Of a stretch of DNA of 64,000 nt, positions 8,739 through 17,706 are shown piece by piece. The notes under the pieces were generated by a model. The model saw nothing but the letters and a program-made list of their open reading frames with translations. It searched no databases and was not told where the DNA came from. Made by a program: the position numbers and the translations under genes. Origin of the DNA: Planctomycetota bacterium. GTDB taxonomy: Bacteria; Planctomycetota; UBA11346. The first letter of the stretch is position 1. Every line of letters starts with the position of its first letter. The stretch lies in assembly GCA_016745075.1 (NCBI GenBank), contig JADGDD010000005.1, forward strand, positions 165,551 through 229,550, written 5' to 3'.

Positions 8739-9704
8739 TCAGAGAAGAAGATATACGAGCTCTGAGAGGCCAATAAAGAGAGCGCTAGCGCAGAGGGTTG
8801 TTACGATCATAAGCTGTATCGCTTGTTGGATATGTTTTGGTGAGCATGGGTCTGCGTTGATGTTGCCTGTAATAATAGTTCGGGTAATTATTTCACCATC
8901 ATACACATTGGTGCCTCCCAAAACAAGATTGAGGGCTCCAGCAAAAGAGGCTTCTGGTATACCGCTATTCGGGCTTCTGTGTTTATGTCCTTCGGTCCAC
9001 CAGCAGCGTACTGCTTGAACAGGGCGGCCAGCAGGCACCAACAGAGCTGCGCAGGCAATGGCGAATGCGGTGAGCCGAGCAGGTATATAATTAGCAAGGT
9101 CATCTGCACGAGCCGCCGCCCAACCAAAGGCCGTATAGCGTTCGTCTTGATGTCCCCACATGGAATCCAGAGTATTTATTGCTCGATAGGCAGCAGCACC
9201 AAAAGGGCCCGCAAGAACGGCCCAAAATAAGGGTGCGGTTACTCCATCGACACTGCTTTCGGCAACTGCCTCAACGGCTGCACGGGATACACCCTCTTCA
9301 TCCAGTTGATCGGTGTCTCTGCCAACGACCATGGAAACAGCATAACGAGCATCAGCAAGACTCTTTTGTGCAAGCGCTGTAGAGACGCGTGCTGCATGAG
9401 CAGCTAAATCCCTTGCAGCAATACAGTGGGTTATAATAAGAACGGCAACAAGATCAGCAGCGTACGGGTGCCAGAGTCCAGCAAGCCACCAGCAAACTCC
9501 TGCGGCAGCAGTGGCAGGCAGTACCACAGCACACCATGCAAATATCCCAGAAAAATAACCCGCTTTATAACAGATCTTTTCAACAATATAAGCCCAGCGT
9601 CCCCAGAAACGAACTGGATGTGGAAGCCAACGTGGATCACCAATGCAGAAATCGAGAAGAACTGCTGCTAGCGGAACCCACCATGAGCAGAGTGGAAATA
9701 TCAT
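8739..9704 (-). CDS. cbiB: Adenosylcobinamide-phosphate synthase
   Basis: 321-aa membrane protein in the CobD/CbiB family (..GDPRWLPHPVRFWG.., ..SVDGVTAPLFW..). Its start overlaps the upstream gene's stop (ATGA at 9701..9704). Confidence 0.9.
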   Translation of the reverse strand: MIFPLCSWWVPLAAVLLDFCIGDPRWLPHPVRFWGRWAYIVEKICYKAGYFSGIFAWCAVVLPATAAAGVCWWLAGLWHPYAADLVAVLIITHCIAARDLAAHAARVSTALAQKSLADARYAVSMVVGRDTDQLDEEGVSRAAVEAVAESSVDGVTAPLFWAVLAGPFGAAAYRAINTLDSMWGHQDERYTAFGWAAARADDLANYIPARLTAFAIACAALLVPAGRPVQAVRCWWTEGHKHRSPNSGIPEASFAGALNLVLGGTNVYDGEIITRTIITGNINADPCSPKHIQQAIQLMIVTTLCASALFIGLSELVYLLL

Positions 9705-10786
9705 GGTTGTCCGTCTGGTAGTAAGGCCTGTTTGAGCGTTGAAATAATGTGATCATTTTCAGCAGCAGTACGAACAGCAATCCGTAAAGAGCGGGCGGAA
9801 AGTCCGGTGAAGTCCTCACAGGGGCGCAACGCAACGCCGTTAGCATAACAATGTGTTAGTATCTGTGAGAGCGGTGGTCCACCGTGTGAAATGTGGATAA
9901 GAACCCAATTAGCGGCTCCCTCAGTAAGTGTGATATGCGGTAGTGTTTTTAATTGAGTAACAAGTTGTTGGCGCAGGAATGTACAATTATTTCGTGAACG
10001 AGCAAAAAAATCATCGGTATCACTTACGAGCTGAATGCCGACTGCTTGGGCAAGTGTATTGACAGACCATGGCGGCAAGAGTTGTCGTATGCGGAAAATC
10101 GTATCTGGATGTCCGAGTATCCAGCCAAGTCGCAAGCCAGGGATGGCAGCAATTTTAGTGGCAGATTTCAAAATAAAAATATTATCGATTGAGTTTTCGT
10201 TTTGAAGGACAGGAATAAAACTTGAATACTGCTCAACAAATTCAGCAAAAGCTTCATCGATAATGAAGTGCGCCTTCGGAAATGAACGAGCAAGAGTATA
10301 AACCCGTTCAGTGTCTAATAAACTACCGGTTGGATTATTGGGGTGGCCAAGTGGGACAACAGCTTGTGGGTACTTATGAAGTGCTGTTTCCAGTTGTTCC
10401 CAATCAATGCCATTTTCTTTTGGTGTAATTTCGATGACTTGCCGTTTGAGCACGGCTGGGGCTCGGCGATATTCGCCATAACAGGGTATTGGAATGAGCC
10501 ACGGTCTTGCTTCAAAAACAATAGGCAGCCAACTTAAAATTTCAGAACTGCCGTTGCCTACAGCAATCGTATTTTCTGGAATAGCGTGATAGTTCGCAAG
10601 TGCTGTCAGTAATTGGGAACAATATGCATCTGGATAGTGTGCAATATTTTTGAGGTGGCTAGTAATACAGTGGTGTAACCAATCAGGTGCACCGAGTGGA
10701 TTGATATTAGCGGAGGCATCAATGAGGTTCTGCTCAAAATGCTGGCCGCCATGTGTAATATGAGGGGGAGTCGGTAAGAAAGTCAC
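9701..10786 (-). CDS. cobD: L-threonine-O-3-phosphate decarboxylase (class I/II aminotransferase fold; Salmonella nomenclature CobD)
   Basis: 361 aa with the N-terminal HGGQ...DASANINPLGAP motif typical of CobD decarboxylases. It is translationally coupled to cbiB. Confidence 0.8.
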   Translation of the reverse strand: MTFLPTPPHITHGGQHFEQNLIDASANINPLGAPDWLHHCITSHLKNIAHYPDAYCSQLLTALANYHAIPENTIAVGNGSSEILSWLPIVFEARPWLIPIPCYGEYRRAPAVLKRQVIEITPKENGIDWEQLETALHKYPQAVVPLGHPNNPTGSLLDTERVYTLARSFPKAHFIIDEAFAEFVEQYSSFIPVLQNENSIDNIFILKSATKIAAIPGLRLGWILGHPDTIFRIRQLLPPWSVNTLAQAVGIQLVSDTDDFFARSRNNCTFLRQQLVTQLKTLPHITLTEGAANWVLIHISHGGPPLSQILTHCYANGVALRPCEDFTGLSARSLRIAVRTAAENDHIISTLKQALLPDGQP

Positions 10787-10944
10787 TGTAGAAGCAGCCT
10801 CTAATTATCATGAACTATTGCAATGGCCTGTATTGAGAAACGCTTATTTTATTCAGAGAAGTGTATTTTAGGAAGTGGACAAAAAAGACTTAGGCAGTAG
10901 TTTAAAGTAAAGACATTATTTCTGCATAAAGAAAGGGGTCGCCC

Positions 10945-12006
10945 ATGAGCCTCCTCATTGATACCTTAGATCTTATTCGCCCACAGGATGTTGAAGCCAG
11001 ACAAATGGCGCAGGACCGGCTTGATTCATTAACGATGCCACACTGGGCATTAGGACAGTTAATGGATACAGCACGTGACTTGGCCGGTATCAGTGGCAGT
11101 CTTGAACCGCATTTAGAAAGACGTGTTATTGCCGTTATGGCAGGTGATCATGGTGTTTGCGCAGAAGGAGTTTCTGCCTTTCCTCAAGAAGTTACTCCAC
11201 AAATGGTCGCAAATTTTGTAACCGGTGGTGCAGGCGTGAACGCACTCGCGCGTACAGCTGGTGCAGATGTGATGGTTGTAGACATGGGCGTAGCGGGGGA
11301 TTTAGCAGAATACAAAGCTGCTGGTGCCGTGCTTGATAAACATATTGCACGTGGAACCGCTAATATGATGGTGGAGCCAGCAATGACGAGGAAAGAGGCA
11401 GAAGCAGCCATTACCGCAGGTATAGAAGTTGCTAATGACTTGGCAGAATCTTACGATATTTTATGTACTGGTGATATGGGTATTGGTAATACAACAGCTT
11501 CTGCCGCTATTGCAGCGGTATTCACTGGCCAAGATGTAGATGAATTAACCGGGTACGGAACGGGCATTACCGATGCTGTTCGTCATAAAAAAGTATCTGT
11601 TATTAAAGAAGCTTTACGCATCCATGCTCCAAGTGCTGATGATCCGGTTGGCGTGTTGGAAAAAGTTGGTGGTTTTGAAATTGGCGGTATTTGCGGATTT
11701 ATTCTTGGCTGTGCAGCATTAAAACGACCTGTTGTTGTTGATGGTTTTATTTCCACTGCTGGAGCCTTACTTGCCCAAGCGCTTTCACCATCTTCAGTTG
11801 ACTATATGATTTGTGCGCATTGTAGCCAAGAGCATGGCCATCGTTTTATGTTGGAACATCTCGGTAAAGACCCATTGCTTGATCTCGGTTTCCGTCTTGG
11901 TGAAGGAACTGGCGCAGCAATGGCATTACCGCTTATCGAATCTGCTGGTCGTTTACTCAGCGAAGTTGCAACCTTTGAAGAAGCAGCCGTGAGTGGCCGC
12001 GAGTAA
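10945..12006 (+). CDS. cobT: Nicotinate-nucleotide--dimethylbenzimidazole phosphoribosyltransferase
   Basis: 353 aa with hallmark motifs (..MAGDHGV.., ..GDMGIGNTTASAAI.., ..GEGTGAAMALPL..). Confidence 0.93.
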   Translation: MSLLIDTLDLIRPQDVEARQMAQDRLDSLTMPHWALGQLMDTARDLAGISGSLEPHLERRVIAVMAGDHGVCAEGVSAFPQEVTPQMVANFVTGGAGVNALARTAGADVMVVDMGVAGDLAEYKAAGAVLDKHIARGTANMMVEPAMTRKEAEAAITAGIEVANDLAESYDILCTGDMGIGNTTASAAIAAVFTGQDVDELTGYGTGITDAVRHKKVSVIKEALRIHAPSADDPVGVLEKVGGFEIGGICGFILGCAALKRPVVVDGFISTAGALLAQALSPSSVDYMICAHCSQEHGHRFMLEHLGKDPLLDLGFRLGEGTGAAMALPLIESAGRLLSEVATFEEAAVSGRE

Positions 12007-12009
12007 CTT

Positions 12010-12783
12010 TTGGTGAAACGCTTTTTATTAGCTCTTAGTTTTTTGTCTATTTTCCCTGTAGGCAAACGAGATTATGACGAGGATGCGATACGGGGGAGCG
12101 TTGTTTATTTCCCTGTGGTGGGTGTGCTCTTAGCTGCTATCCTTGCCGTATCGACTTGGGCTTTGTGTATTGTGTTACCGTCTACCTTGCTTGGTCTTCA
12201 AGCAATTGTTGTGGTCGCGGCTATGGTTGCTGTACACGGAGCTTTGCATACCGATGGCTTAGCAGATACCGCTGATGCATTTTTTTCTTCACGGGAGAAA
12301 GCAAGAAAATTAGAAATAATGAAGGACAGTAGCAACGGCACTATGGCGGTTGTTGTTTTAATTCTTTTATTTATCGCAAAAACAGAGGTGCTTCAAACAC
12401 TTGCCCATGAGGAATGGTGGCGTTCTGTGTTCTTGGCTGTTGTTTCTGGTCGTTGTGCTTTGCTGTGGGCGTTAGCACTTCAACCATATGCGCGTGTAGA
12501 AGGTGGGCTTGGTGCTTGGTATTTTTCTGCAACCAAACCGTTGCATGCATTGTGGGCCTTTGTGTGTTGGTTAGGCTGCTGCACGTGGGTGTGTGCGGGG
12601 AATGTAGAACTGATTCTTTCATTGCTCGCGGTATTAGTCGGTCTTGTTTTTCTATGGGCTTGGTGGTGCAAAAAACACATAGGCGGTGGCACTGGGGATA
12701 CTGTAGGTGCACTCACAGAGGTAACGGAACTTGCCATGTTGATAGCGTGGGCAGTCCTGTCTGTCTCTGTTACCCAGCTTTAA
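12010..12783 (+). CDS. cobS: Adenosylcobinamide-GDP ribazoletransferase (cobalamin synthase)
   Basis: 257-aa polytopic membrane protein with a TTG start. N-terminus ..LALSFLSIFPVG.. and ..HTDGLADTADAFF.. are typical of CobS. It directly follows cobT. Confidence 0.88.
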   Translation: MVKRFLLALSFLSIFPVGKRDYDEDAIRGSVVYFPVVGVLLAAILAVSTWALCIVLPSTLLGLQAIVVVAAMVAVHGALHTDGLADTADAFFSSREKARKLEIMKDSSNGTMAVVVLILLFIAKTEVLQTLAHEEWWRSVFLAVVSGRCALLWALALQPYARVEGGLGAWYFSATKPLHALWAFVCWLGCCTWVCAGNVELILSLLAVLVGLVFLWAWWCKKHIGGGTGDTVGALTEVTELAMLIAWAVLSVSVTQL

Positions 12784-13819
12784 TACGAGCTAAAACACCA
12801 ATTTCAGCAAATTCATGTTTTGCGGCCTCTGCTTCTTCTTTGCTGACACTACGCAAGGCAGGAATGACAACTTTTTTACAGAGTTTTTCAGCGTCTTCAT
12901 TGCTGATGCCTCCGAGACGAGCGAGAATGGGTATTGCTTTGTTGCGACGTTCTTCATCTGTTATTTTTGTTAAGAAGACGGAGAACAGTCCATCATTGAG
13001 TGTTGGATTGTTATCGCTTGGGGTCGATGATGGGTTTAACGGTGCGTCTGGTAAGATTTGATCAAGTACATTAGAGAGATCGACACCACCGATAATATCG
13101 TTTGAGCCGCTATCGTCAGGGAATAGTTGGTCCATGCGGTCTGAGACATCAGCTTCATTTGTTTTTTTTACGCTGGATGTTGAAGGTAAAACAGGGTTAG
13201 AAAAAGGAGTAATTTCAGGCAGGTCTTGGCTGGTAAATTCACTGCGGGTAGAGCTATGCGTGGTTACGCCGGCAGTGGTGCTTCCTGCGCTTCGCGTAGG
13301 GGCAGGGGTTGAGAGCATTTCCATTGGCTGGTAGCCACCGCTACCTGGAGGAGGTGCTGTTTCACTAATGCCCAAGTTGAGAGGACCAGTTGTGCTCATT
13401 ACTTGGGAGAGCTGAGCTTTTAGGAGACTCAGCAGTGGTTGGCCATTAATTTGGAACTGTTCGTAGCTTGTGCACAGTGATTGAAGCGGTTGCTTAAAAA
13501 TGGGTGGCTGTTTGGGCCATTCAATTTTTGGCAATTCTTCTATGTCAGTGGTATCTGTTGTAGCAAAAGTAAGCCTTGCCCCCAAAAGAGTTAAGGGGTT
13601 GAGAGCCAGATTAATTGCGGCTGCTTCATCTTCGCTCATATCATCACAGAGGATGATAGGAATAGATTCCAAAATCGTAGCACAGGTGTTGGCTTTCAGG
13701 CTGAAAGCCTTGCTGAGAACACTGGCAATGTGTTCCAGTTGATCGTTTGGAAGGTCTTCAAGGATAAGAGCGTAACGTGCCATAGCGCCCATTTGAAGGG
13801 GAGAACCCTCGGAAGTCAA
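12770..13819 (-). CDS. Hypothetical protein with ribosomal L7/L12 C-terminal-domain-like modules at both ends and a long S/T/P-rich linker
   Basis: The C-terminal about 70 aa (FSVFLTKITDEERRNKAIPILARLGGISNEDAEKLCKKVVIPALRSVSKEEAEAAKHEFAEIGVLARIKAG) follow the L12-CTD pattern F.V.L....K..VIK.VR...GL.EAK.LV...P.....VSK.EAE..K..LE..GA.V..K. The N-terminal module (YALILEDLPNDQLEHIASVLSKAFSLKANTCATILESIPIILCDDMSEDEAAAINLAL..GARLTF) is similar. The probable start is an internal Met (MARYAL, 13783). Confidence 0.6.
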   Translation of the reverse strand: MTSEGSPLQMGAMARYALILEDLPNDQLEHIASVLSKAFSLKANTCATILESIPIILCDDMSEDEAAAINLALNPLTLLGARLTFATTDTTDIEELPKIEWPKQPPIFKQPLQSLCTSYEQFQINGQPLLSLLKAQLSQVMSTTGPLNLGISETAPPPGSGGYQPMEMLSTPAPTRSAGSTTAGVTTHSSTRSEFTSQDLPEITPFSNPVLPSTSSVKKTNEADVSDRMDQLFPDDSGSNDIIGGVDLSNVLDQILPDAPLNPSSTPSDNNPTLNDGLFSVFLTKITDEERRNKAIPILARLGGISNEDAEKLCKKVVIPALRSVSKEEAEAAKHEFAEIGVLARIKAG

Positions 13820-13899
13820 TGGACGGGATTTTAGGGGCGCAGTAGTGCTACAATCTTACTTTCAGCTTGTTTCTACCGTATTTAGTCCATGGTTCGGCC

Positions 13900-14298
13900 A
13901 TGCCTATCAAACGATGTATGACCGAGAATGACGTGGAATCTGCTCTGGAGTCTCAGCAGCAGGCATCAGCACGTGGATATTTCTTGTTTTTCGGTAGTGA
14001 TGACCCAGAAACAGGAGAAAGTTGGTGCCCAGATTGCGTAACTGCAGATCCGTTAATTCGAGCAGTGGTAACGCGAGAAGACCCAGAAGCAGTCCTCCAT
14101 GAGTGCCCAGTCGGTCTCCGTTCTGCTTGGAAAGGCGTTGAGAATCATTCATATAAGGTGCATCCTGTTTGGCGTTTAGAACGCATCCCAACGCTGATTT
14201 TGCTTGAAGCTGGTATCGAGCGTGGTCGGTTGGTTGAAGCGGATTGCGCAGATGAGGCTGCAATAGCCGCGTTCGTAAAGGCTCCAACAGATGGCTAA
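13900..14298 (+). CDS. Thioredoxin-fold protein, TXNDC17/DUF953-like (WCPDC active site)
   Basis: The motif GESWCPDCVTADP lies in a roughly 130-aa protein. I prefer the ATG at 13900 over the TTG at 13867. The 3' end overlaps the smpB start by 8 nt. Confidence 0.6.
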   Translation: MPIKRCMTENDVESALESQQQASARGYFLFFGSDDPETGESWCPDCVTADPLIRAVVTREDPEAVLHECPVGLRSAWKGVENHSYKVHPVWRLERIPTLILLEAGIERGRLVEADCADEAAIAAFVKAPTDG

Positions 14299-14812
14299 GG
14301 CAAAGAGCAAGAAAAAGGGTGGAAAAAAAGCGAAACCAGTTGTGGAAGATCCTAATGCTGCCCAGGTAGTATTAACCAATAGACGTGTTCGTCATGATTA
14401 CGAGATACTCGAATCATGGGAAGCAGGTTTGGTTCTTCAAGGCAGTGAGGTGAAAAGTTTGCGCAATAAAGCCGTGCAATGGGCAGATGCGCATGCCCGC
14501 GTAGATAAAAAAGGTGAGCTCTGGTTGTATGGTTTGCACATTGAGGAGTACAAGGAAGCTTCGCATGGTAATCATGAACCAAGCCGAGCTCGTAAATTAT
14601 TGCTTCATAAAAAAGAATTACAAACGATTGCAGATATGTTGAATACGAAAGGGGTTACAGCTGTGCCGTCTCGTATTTTATTTCGTCGTGGTTTTGCCAA
14701 AATTACGCTTTGTTTGGTACGAGGTAAGCGGAAAGAAGATAAACGTTCCGATATGATTGCTAGAGAGCGCGATAGAGATATTGCCCGCGAACTAGCGCGT
14801 CGTTATAAATAA
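14291..14812 (+). CDS. smpB: SsrA-binding protein (trans-translation)
   Basis: 173 aa. ..NRRVRHDYEILESWEAGLVLQGSEVKSLR.., ..LYGLHIEEY.., ..RARKLLLHKKEL.. are canonical SmpB. Confidence 0.95.
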   Translation: MAKAKSKKKGGKKAKPVVEDPNAAQVVLTNRRVRHDYEILESWEAGLVLQGSEVKSLRNKAVQWADAHARVDKKGELWLYGLHIEEYKEASHGNHEPSRARKLLLHKKELQTIADMLNTKGVTAVPSRILFRRGFAKITLCLVRGKRKEDKRSDMIARERDRDIARELARRYK

Positions 14813-14827
14813 AGGGAGCTTTACAAG

Positions 14828-14878
14828 ACAAACGACAGGAGGGGCTCAGCATTATGCTGAGCCCCTCCTGTCGTTTGT
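14828..14878. terminator. 23-bp perfect hairpin between convergent genes (bidirectional terminator candidate)
   Basis: ACAAACGACAGGAGGGGCTCAGC (14828..14850), loop ATTAT, GCTGAGCCCCTCCTGTCGTTTGT (14856..14878). It sits between the smpB stop (14812) and the stop of the convergent gene (14902). The U-tracts are weak. Confidence 0.7.
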
Positions 14879-14901
14879 TCTTTAAAGTGGACCGCTTCGT
14901 T

Positions 14902-16422
14902 TTAGCGTTTTTTCCGTTCTTCTTTGATTTTTTCAATGGCTTCTTTGCGTAATTCTTCGGTTTCGATTTCTGCTTCACGAGCAGTGCGGGCGGTGTCTAT
15001 AACATCTTTCCAACGAGGGTCATCAGAGTAGAGTTTGACCAGTGCCCGTTCTTTTTCTACTTCCTCGTATAAACTTGGATTGTAGGTGAGGATTAATTCA
15101 AGCCAATTAAAAGCTCTATCTGCATCTGCTTTCTTAAGTCCACGGATATGTTTTTTCTCAAAGGTTCCCCAGTCTTTCAGGCCTTGTAGTTTGCGTCTGA
15201 TTTGACTGATGTGAATAGAGGATGCGGCTTCAGCAGTATAATTCCTGATGCTACAGACTTTGATTTGATTGCGGTCTACTTGATAGGTGAGTAGTCTTTT
15301 GCGGGCTGTCATATCTAAGAAAATGAAACCACCTTTGAGCACGGCTTGAACAGTGTTCTCATCGGTGTTTTTATAGGCGGTAGAATTATGAGTTGAAAGT
15401 AGGGCAGTTAAACCAACTTCATCATAAGGAACCTCTTTATATTTTTTGCAGCGAGCAAGATAGGCATCATAATGTTGTTGTGCTGTTGGGGTGCTTTTGA
15501 TTTCGGATGGAACCATAAAATCGACTGTGGTACTTCTGCTTGAGCGAAGATTAATATGCCCATTTTGAATGTTGTAAGTGAGCATACGATCATTGGCAGG
15601 ATCAAAAATGACATAACTTTCATTTTCTAATGATTGAATCCATGGGTCCATTGTCTCCATTGGTAGTGGCGCATCTGGATCTTCTACCAGTGCTTGTTTG
15701 CGCTGTTCAATCATGTCTATGAAAGCATCTTTTTGTTCTTTTGGGAATTTTGCCGCAAGTTCTTTGACGCTAGCTGTGTTGTATGTTGATGGGTAAAAGT
15801 CTGGTCCGAAGTTCCGGTAGGATGCTAGTTCTAAGGTTCCATTTTTTAAGGTGTAGAGTAATAGTGTGCGCATAGAAGGGATGCAGAGCATCAGGCTGTT
15901 TTTTGCAAATGCACCGCGAACAACACCGTCATATTCAGGAATTGCATCAGCATCCCAGAATTCATTTTCCGTGTTAATGGCTTGTTGTGTCAGTGCTGTT
16001 TGCCCTTTTTTAGAGGCTCCAAGATATTTTTTTCCAGTTAGCCATTCACCATAGGCTGGTTTGGTTTTATCACCAACACGGAGGTAGCTGTAGTACTGCA
16101 TTTGGCCATCTTCATTTTGACCACCATGTACACTGGGGTGGCTGACATGGGCGAGACGAAAGAGTTTGTCTGCAAAATAAACAGTGCTGCTTTTTTTGAT
16201 TTGTTCACCATTGGATTGATAGAGGTACATGGTCCCGAGGCTTGGGTTTACGACGGCCATCCATGTACCAGTGCCTCCATTGGTCCCTTGTTGTGGTAGA
16301 ATAAGCGGTGTTTCAAGGGCAAGAGCTTGGCCGAGCGTAAGTGCATGTATCACTAGAAATAATGAGAAGGCGGTCGCTCTTTGTTTGAGCTCCTGTTTGA
16401 GTCCTGCTGGTGTAAGTCTCAT
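14902..16422 (-). CDS. Exported hypothetical protein with four internal repeats and a Lys/Glu-rich C-terminal helix
   Basis: 506 aa with a signal-like N-terminus (..AFSLFLVIHALTLGQALA). A repeated motif occurs four times: MYLYQSNGEQIKKSSTVYF, LLLYTLKNGTLELASYRNF, MLTYNIQNGHINLRSSRS and LLTYQVDRNQIKVCSIRNY. The C-terminus is ..REAEIETEELRKEAIEKIKEERKKR. Confidence 0.6.
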   Translation of the reverse strand: MRLTPAGLKQELKQRATAFSLFLVIHALTLGQALALETPLILPQQGTNGGTGTWMAVVNPSLGTMYLYQSNGEQIKKSSTVYFADKLFRLAHVSHPSVHGGQNEDGQMQYYSYLRVGDKTKPAYGEWLTGKKYLGASKKGQTALTQQAINTENEFWDADAIPEYDGVVRGAFAKNSLMLCIPSMRTLLLYTLKNGTLELASYRNFGPDFYPSTYNTASVKELAAKFPKEQKDAFIDMIEQRKQALVEDPDAPLPMETMDPWIQSLENESYVIFDPANDRMLTYNIQNGHINLRSSRSTTVDFMVPSEIKSTPTAQQHYDAYLARCKKYKEVPYDEVGLTALLSTHNSTAYKNTDENTVQAVLKGGFIFLDMTARKRLLTYQVDRNQIKVCSIRNYTAEAASSIHISQIRRKLQGLKDWGTFEKKHIRGLKKADADRAFNWLELILTYNPSLYEEVEKERALVKLYSDDPRWKDVIDTARTAREAEIETEELRKEAIEKIKEERKKR

Positions 16423-16552
16423 GAATATATCTCCTTAAGTGCACAATGATGGTGTCTGTTCTGTGGGCCATATGCAAGTGGGAAAAAGCTACACAGGTGT
16501 GTGGCTAGGCAAATTGCCTTAAGTCCTGTCTGAATCAGCCGATAATACTGAC

Positions 16553-16945
16553 ATGGACGAGCTGCGGAGCGTAAATGGAATGGCTGCACAAGCTGGGGTT
16601 TATAAAGGCCTCCGTTCTACTGGTTCTGTTGATGAAGATCCAGATGGTGGTGGCGCTGGTCCTGCTGGATATGACCAGTTTGAAGAGGAAGCTCAAGAAA
16701 AGCAGGATGAAGAGAACAAGAAGAAGTCGAGTGGACTCTATCAAGATAAAACTCCTTCAGACCCTCTATTGGTCGCCTTGGACCGTATGGTTGGAACCCA
16801 AGGAACAGACCTCGCTTACGAAGAGATGCACCATGAAAAAGAAGCACGTGCGGCATATTCTGCTAAAGCATTACTTGGCGTACCGCCAGACCCTGATGAC
16901 TTGCCAATTGAGCCTCCAGATTCCTTAGAAGATGAAAAAGCTTAG
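16553..16945 (+). CDS. Small acidic, low-complexity hypothetical protein
   Basis: 130 aa, rich in D/E/P/G. By eye, its codon third positions resemble neighbouring genes better than the overlapping frame 16575..16928 does. The stop overlaps the truA stop region (convergent). Confidence 0.4.
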   Translation: MDELRSVNGMAAQAGVYKGLRSTGSVDEDPDGGGAGPAGYDQFEEEAQEKQDEENKKKSSGLYQDKTPSDPLLVALDRMVGTQGTDLAYEEMHHEKEARAAYSAKALLGVPPDPDDLPIEPPDSLEDEKA

Positions 16946-17706
16946 GTCAGCGTTTCCCATTCTAAAGGCTTGCGTAGGTGGATATGGTGGAGTGATAAGC
17001 CATGTGCAGGGGCCTGTTGGCAGCTAGCAGGGCTTACCGTTCCTGTAAGTGACCGCTCTAAGTCCTTACGAATACAGGTCCCTGTGTTTACAGACACCAT
17101 GCTGCCGACCAGGCTACGAACCATGCGATAAATAAAGCCCGTTCCGCTAATCGTACAGATAAGTTCGCTCTGCTGCTCTTGCCAGTGTACTGCTGTAACC
17201 GTGCGCACCATATCTTCTCGTTGTTCGCCTCGCCGAGCAAAAGCCTTCCAGTTTCGAGTACCAGGAAGTAGGTCGGCGATTTCCTGGAGGGTCTCTAAGC
17301 ATAGTTGAGATGACGGTCGCCAGCTAAAAGCAGCGCTAAACGGGTCTGCTATAACGCGATTATCAATGCGATACTTATATGTTTTTTCTAACGTTTCAGT
17401 GCAAGCGTCCCAATCTAGGGGAACGGTCGCAATTGCGGTGCAGCTACAGTCTTGAGGCAATTGGTAGTTCAGGCTGCGCAAAAAATGAAGCGGCTCCCAG
17501 TGATCGTGCAGATCAAGATGTGCAATTTGGCCCTCCGCATGCACGCCTGAATCAGTGCGTGAGCTCCCAAAGCATTGCACGTTTTTCTCGCCAATGCGGG
17601 TGCAGGCATCTAGAATAACCTGAGAAACGGTTCGTTTATTTGGCTGTGATTGCCATCCTGCAAAGTTGCTGCCATCCCAGCTAAGCAAAAGTGCAAATCG
17701 TTTCAT
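16942..17706 (-). CDS. truA: tRNA pseudouridine(38-40) synthase
   Basis: ..LLLSWDGSNFAGWQSQP.., with the catalytic-Asp motif GSSRTDSGVHAEGQIAHLDL. The start is taken at MKRFALLL (ATG 17706), overlapping the lpxH stop as ATGA. The ORF track extends the frame to 17760. Confidence 0.92.
   Translation of the reverse strand: MKRFALLLSWDGSNFAGWQSQPNKRTVSQVILDACTRIGEKNVQCFGSSRTDSGVHAEGQIAHLDLHDHWEPLHFLRSLNYQLPQDCSCTAIATVPLDWDACTETLEKTYKYRIDNRVIADPFSAAFSWRPSSQLCLETLQEIADLLPGTRNWKAFARRGEQREDMVRTVTAVHWQEQQSELICTISGTGFIYRMVRSLVGSMVSVNTGTCIRKDLERSLTGTVSPASCQQAPAHGLSLHHIHLRKPLEWETLT

Noticed and set aside
12414-13061. 215-aa ORF spanning the cobS / L12-like gene junction.
   Set aside because: It is an out-of-frame shadow of cobS and antisense to the neighbouring gene. 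Its product is Cys/Arg-rich and nonsense-like.
14813-14901. tmRNA (ssrA) next to smpB.
   Set aside because: The interval is only 89 nt and consists of a single long hairpin. There is no tRNA-like acceptor/T-arm or tag reading frame.
16575-16928. Alternative 117-aa frame (and antisense ORFs 16535..16744 and 16617..16856) overlapping the acidic 130-aa ORF.
   Set aside because: Codon third-position usage in the 16553..16945 frame looks more like neighbouring genes. However, the coding status of the whole locus remains uncertain.
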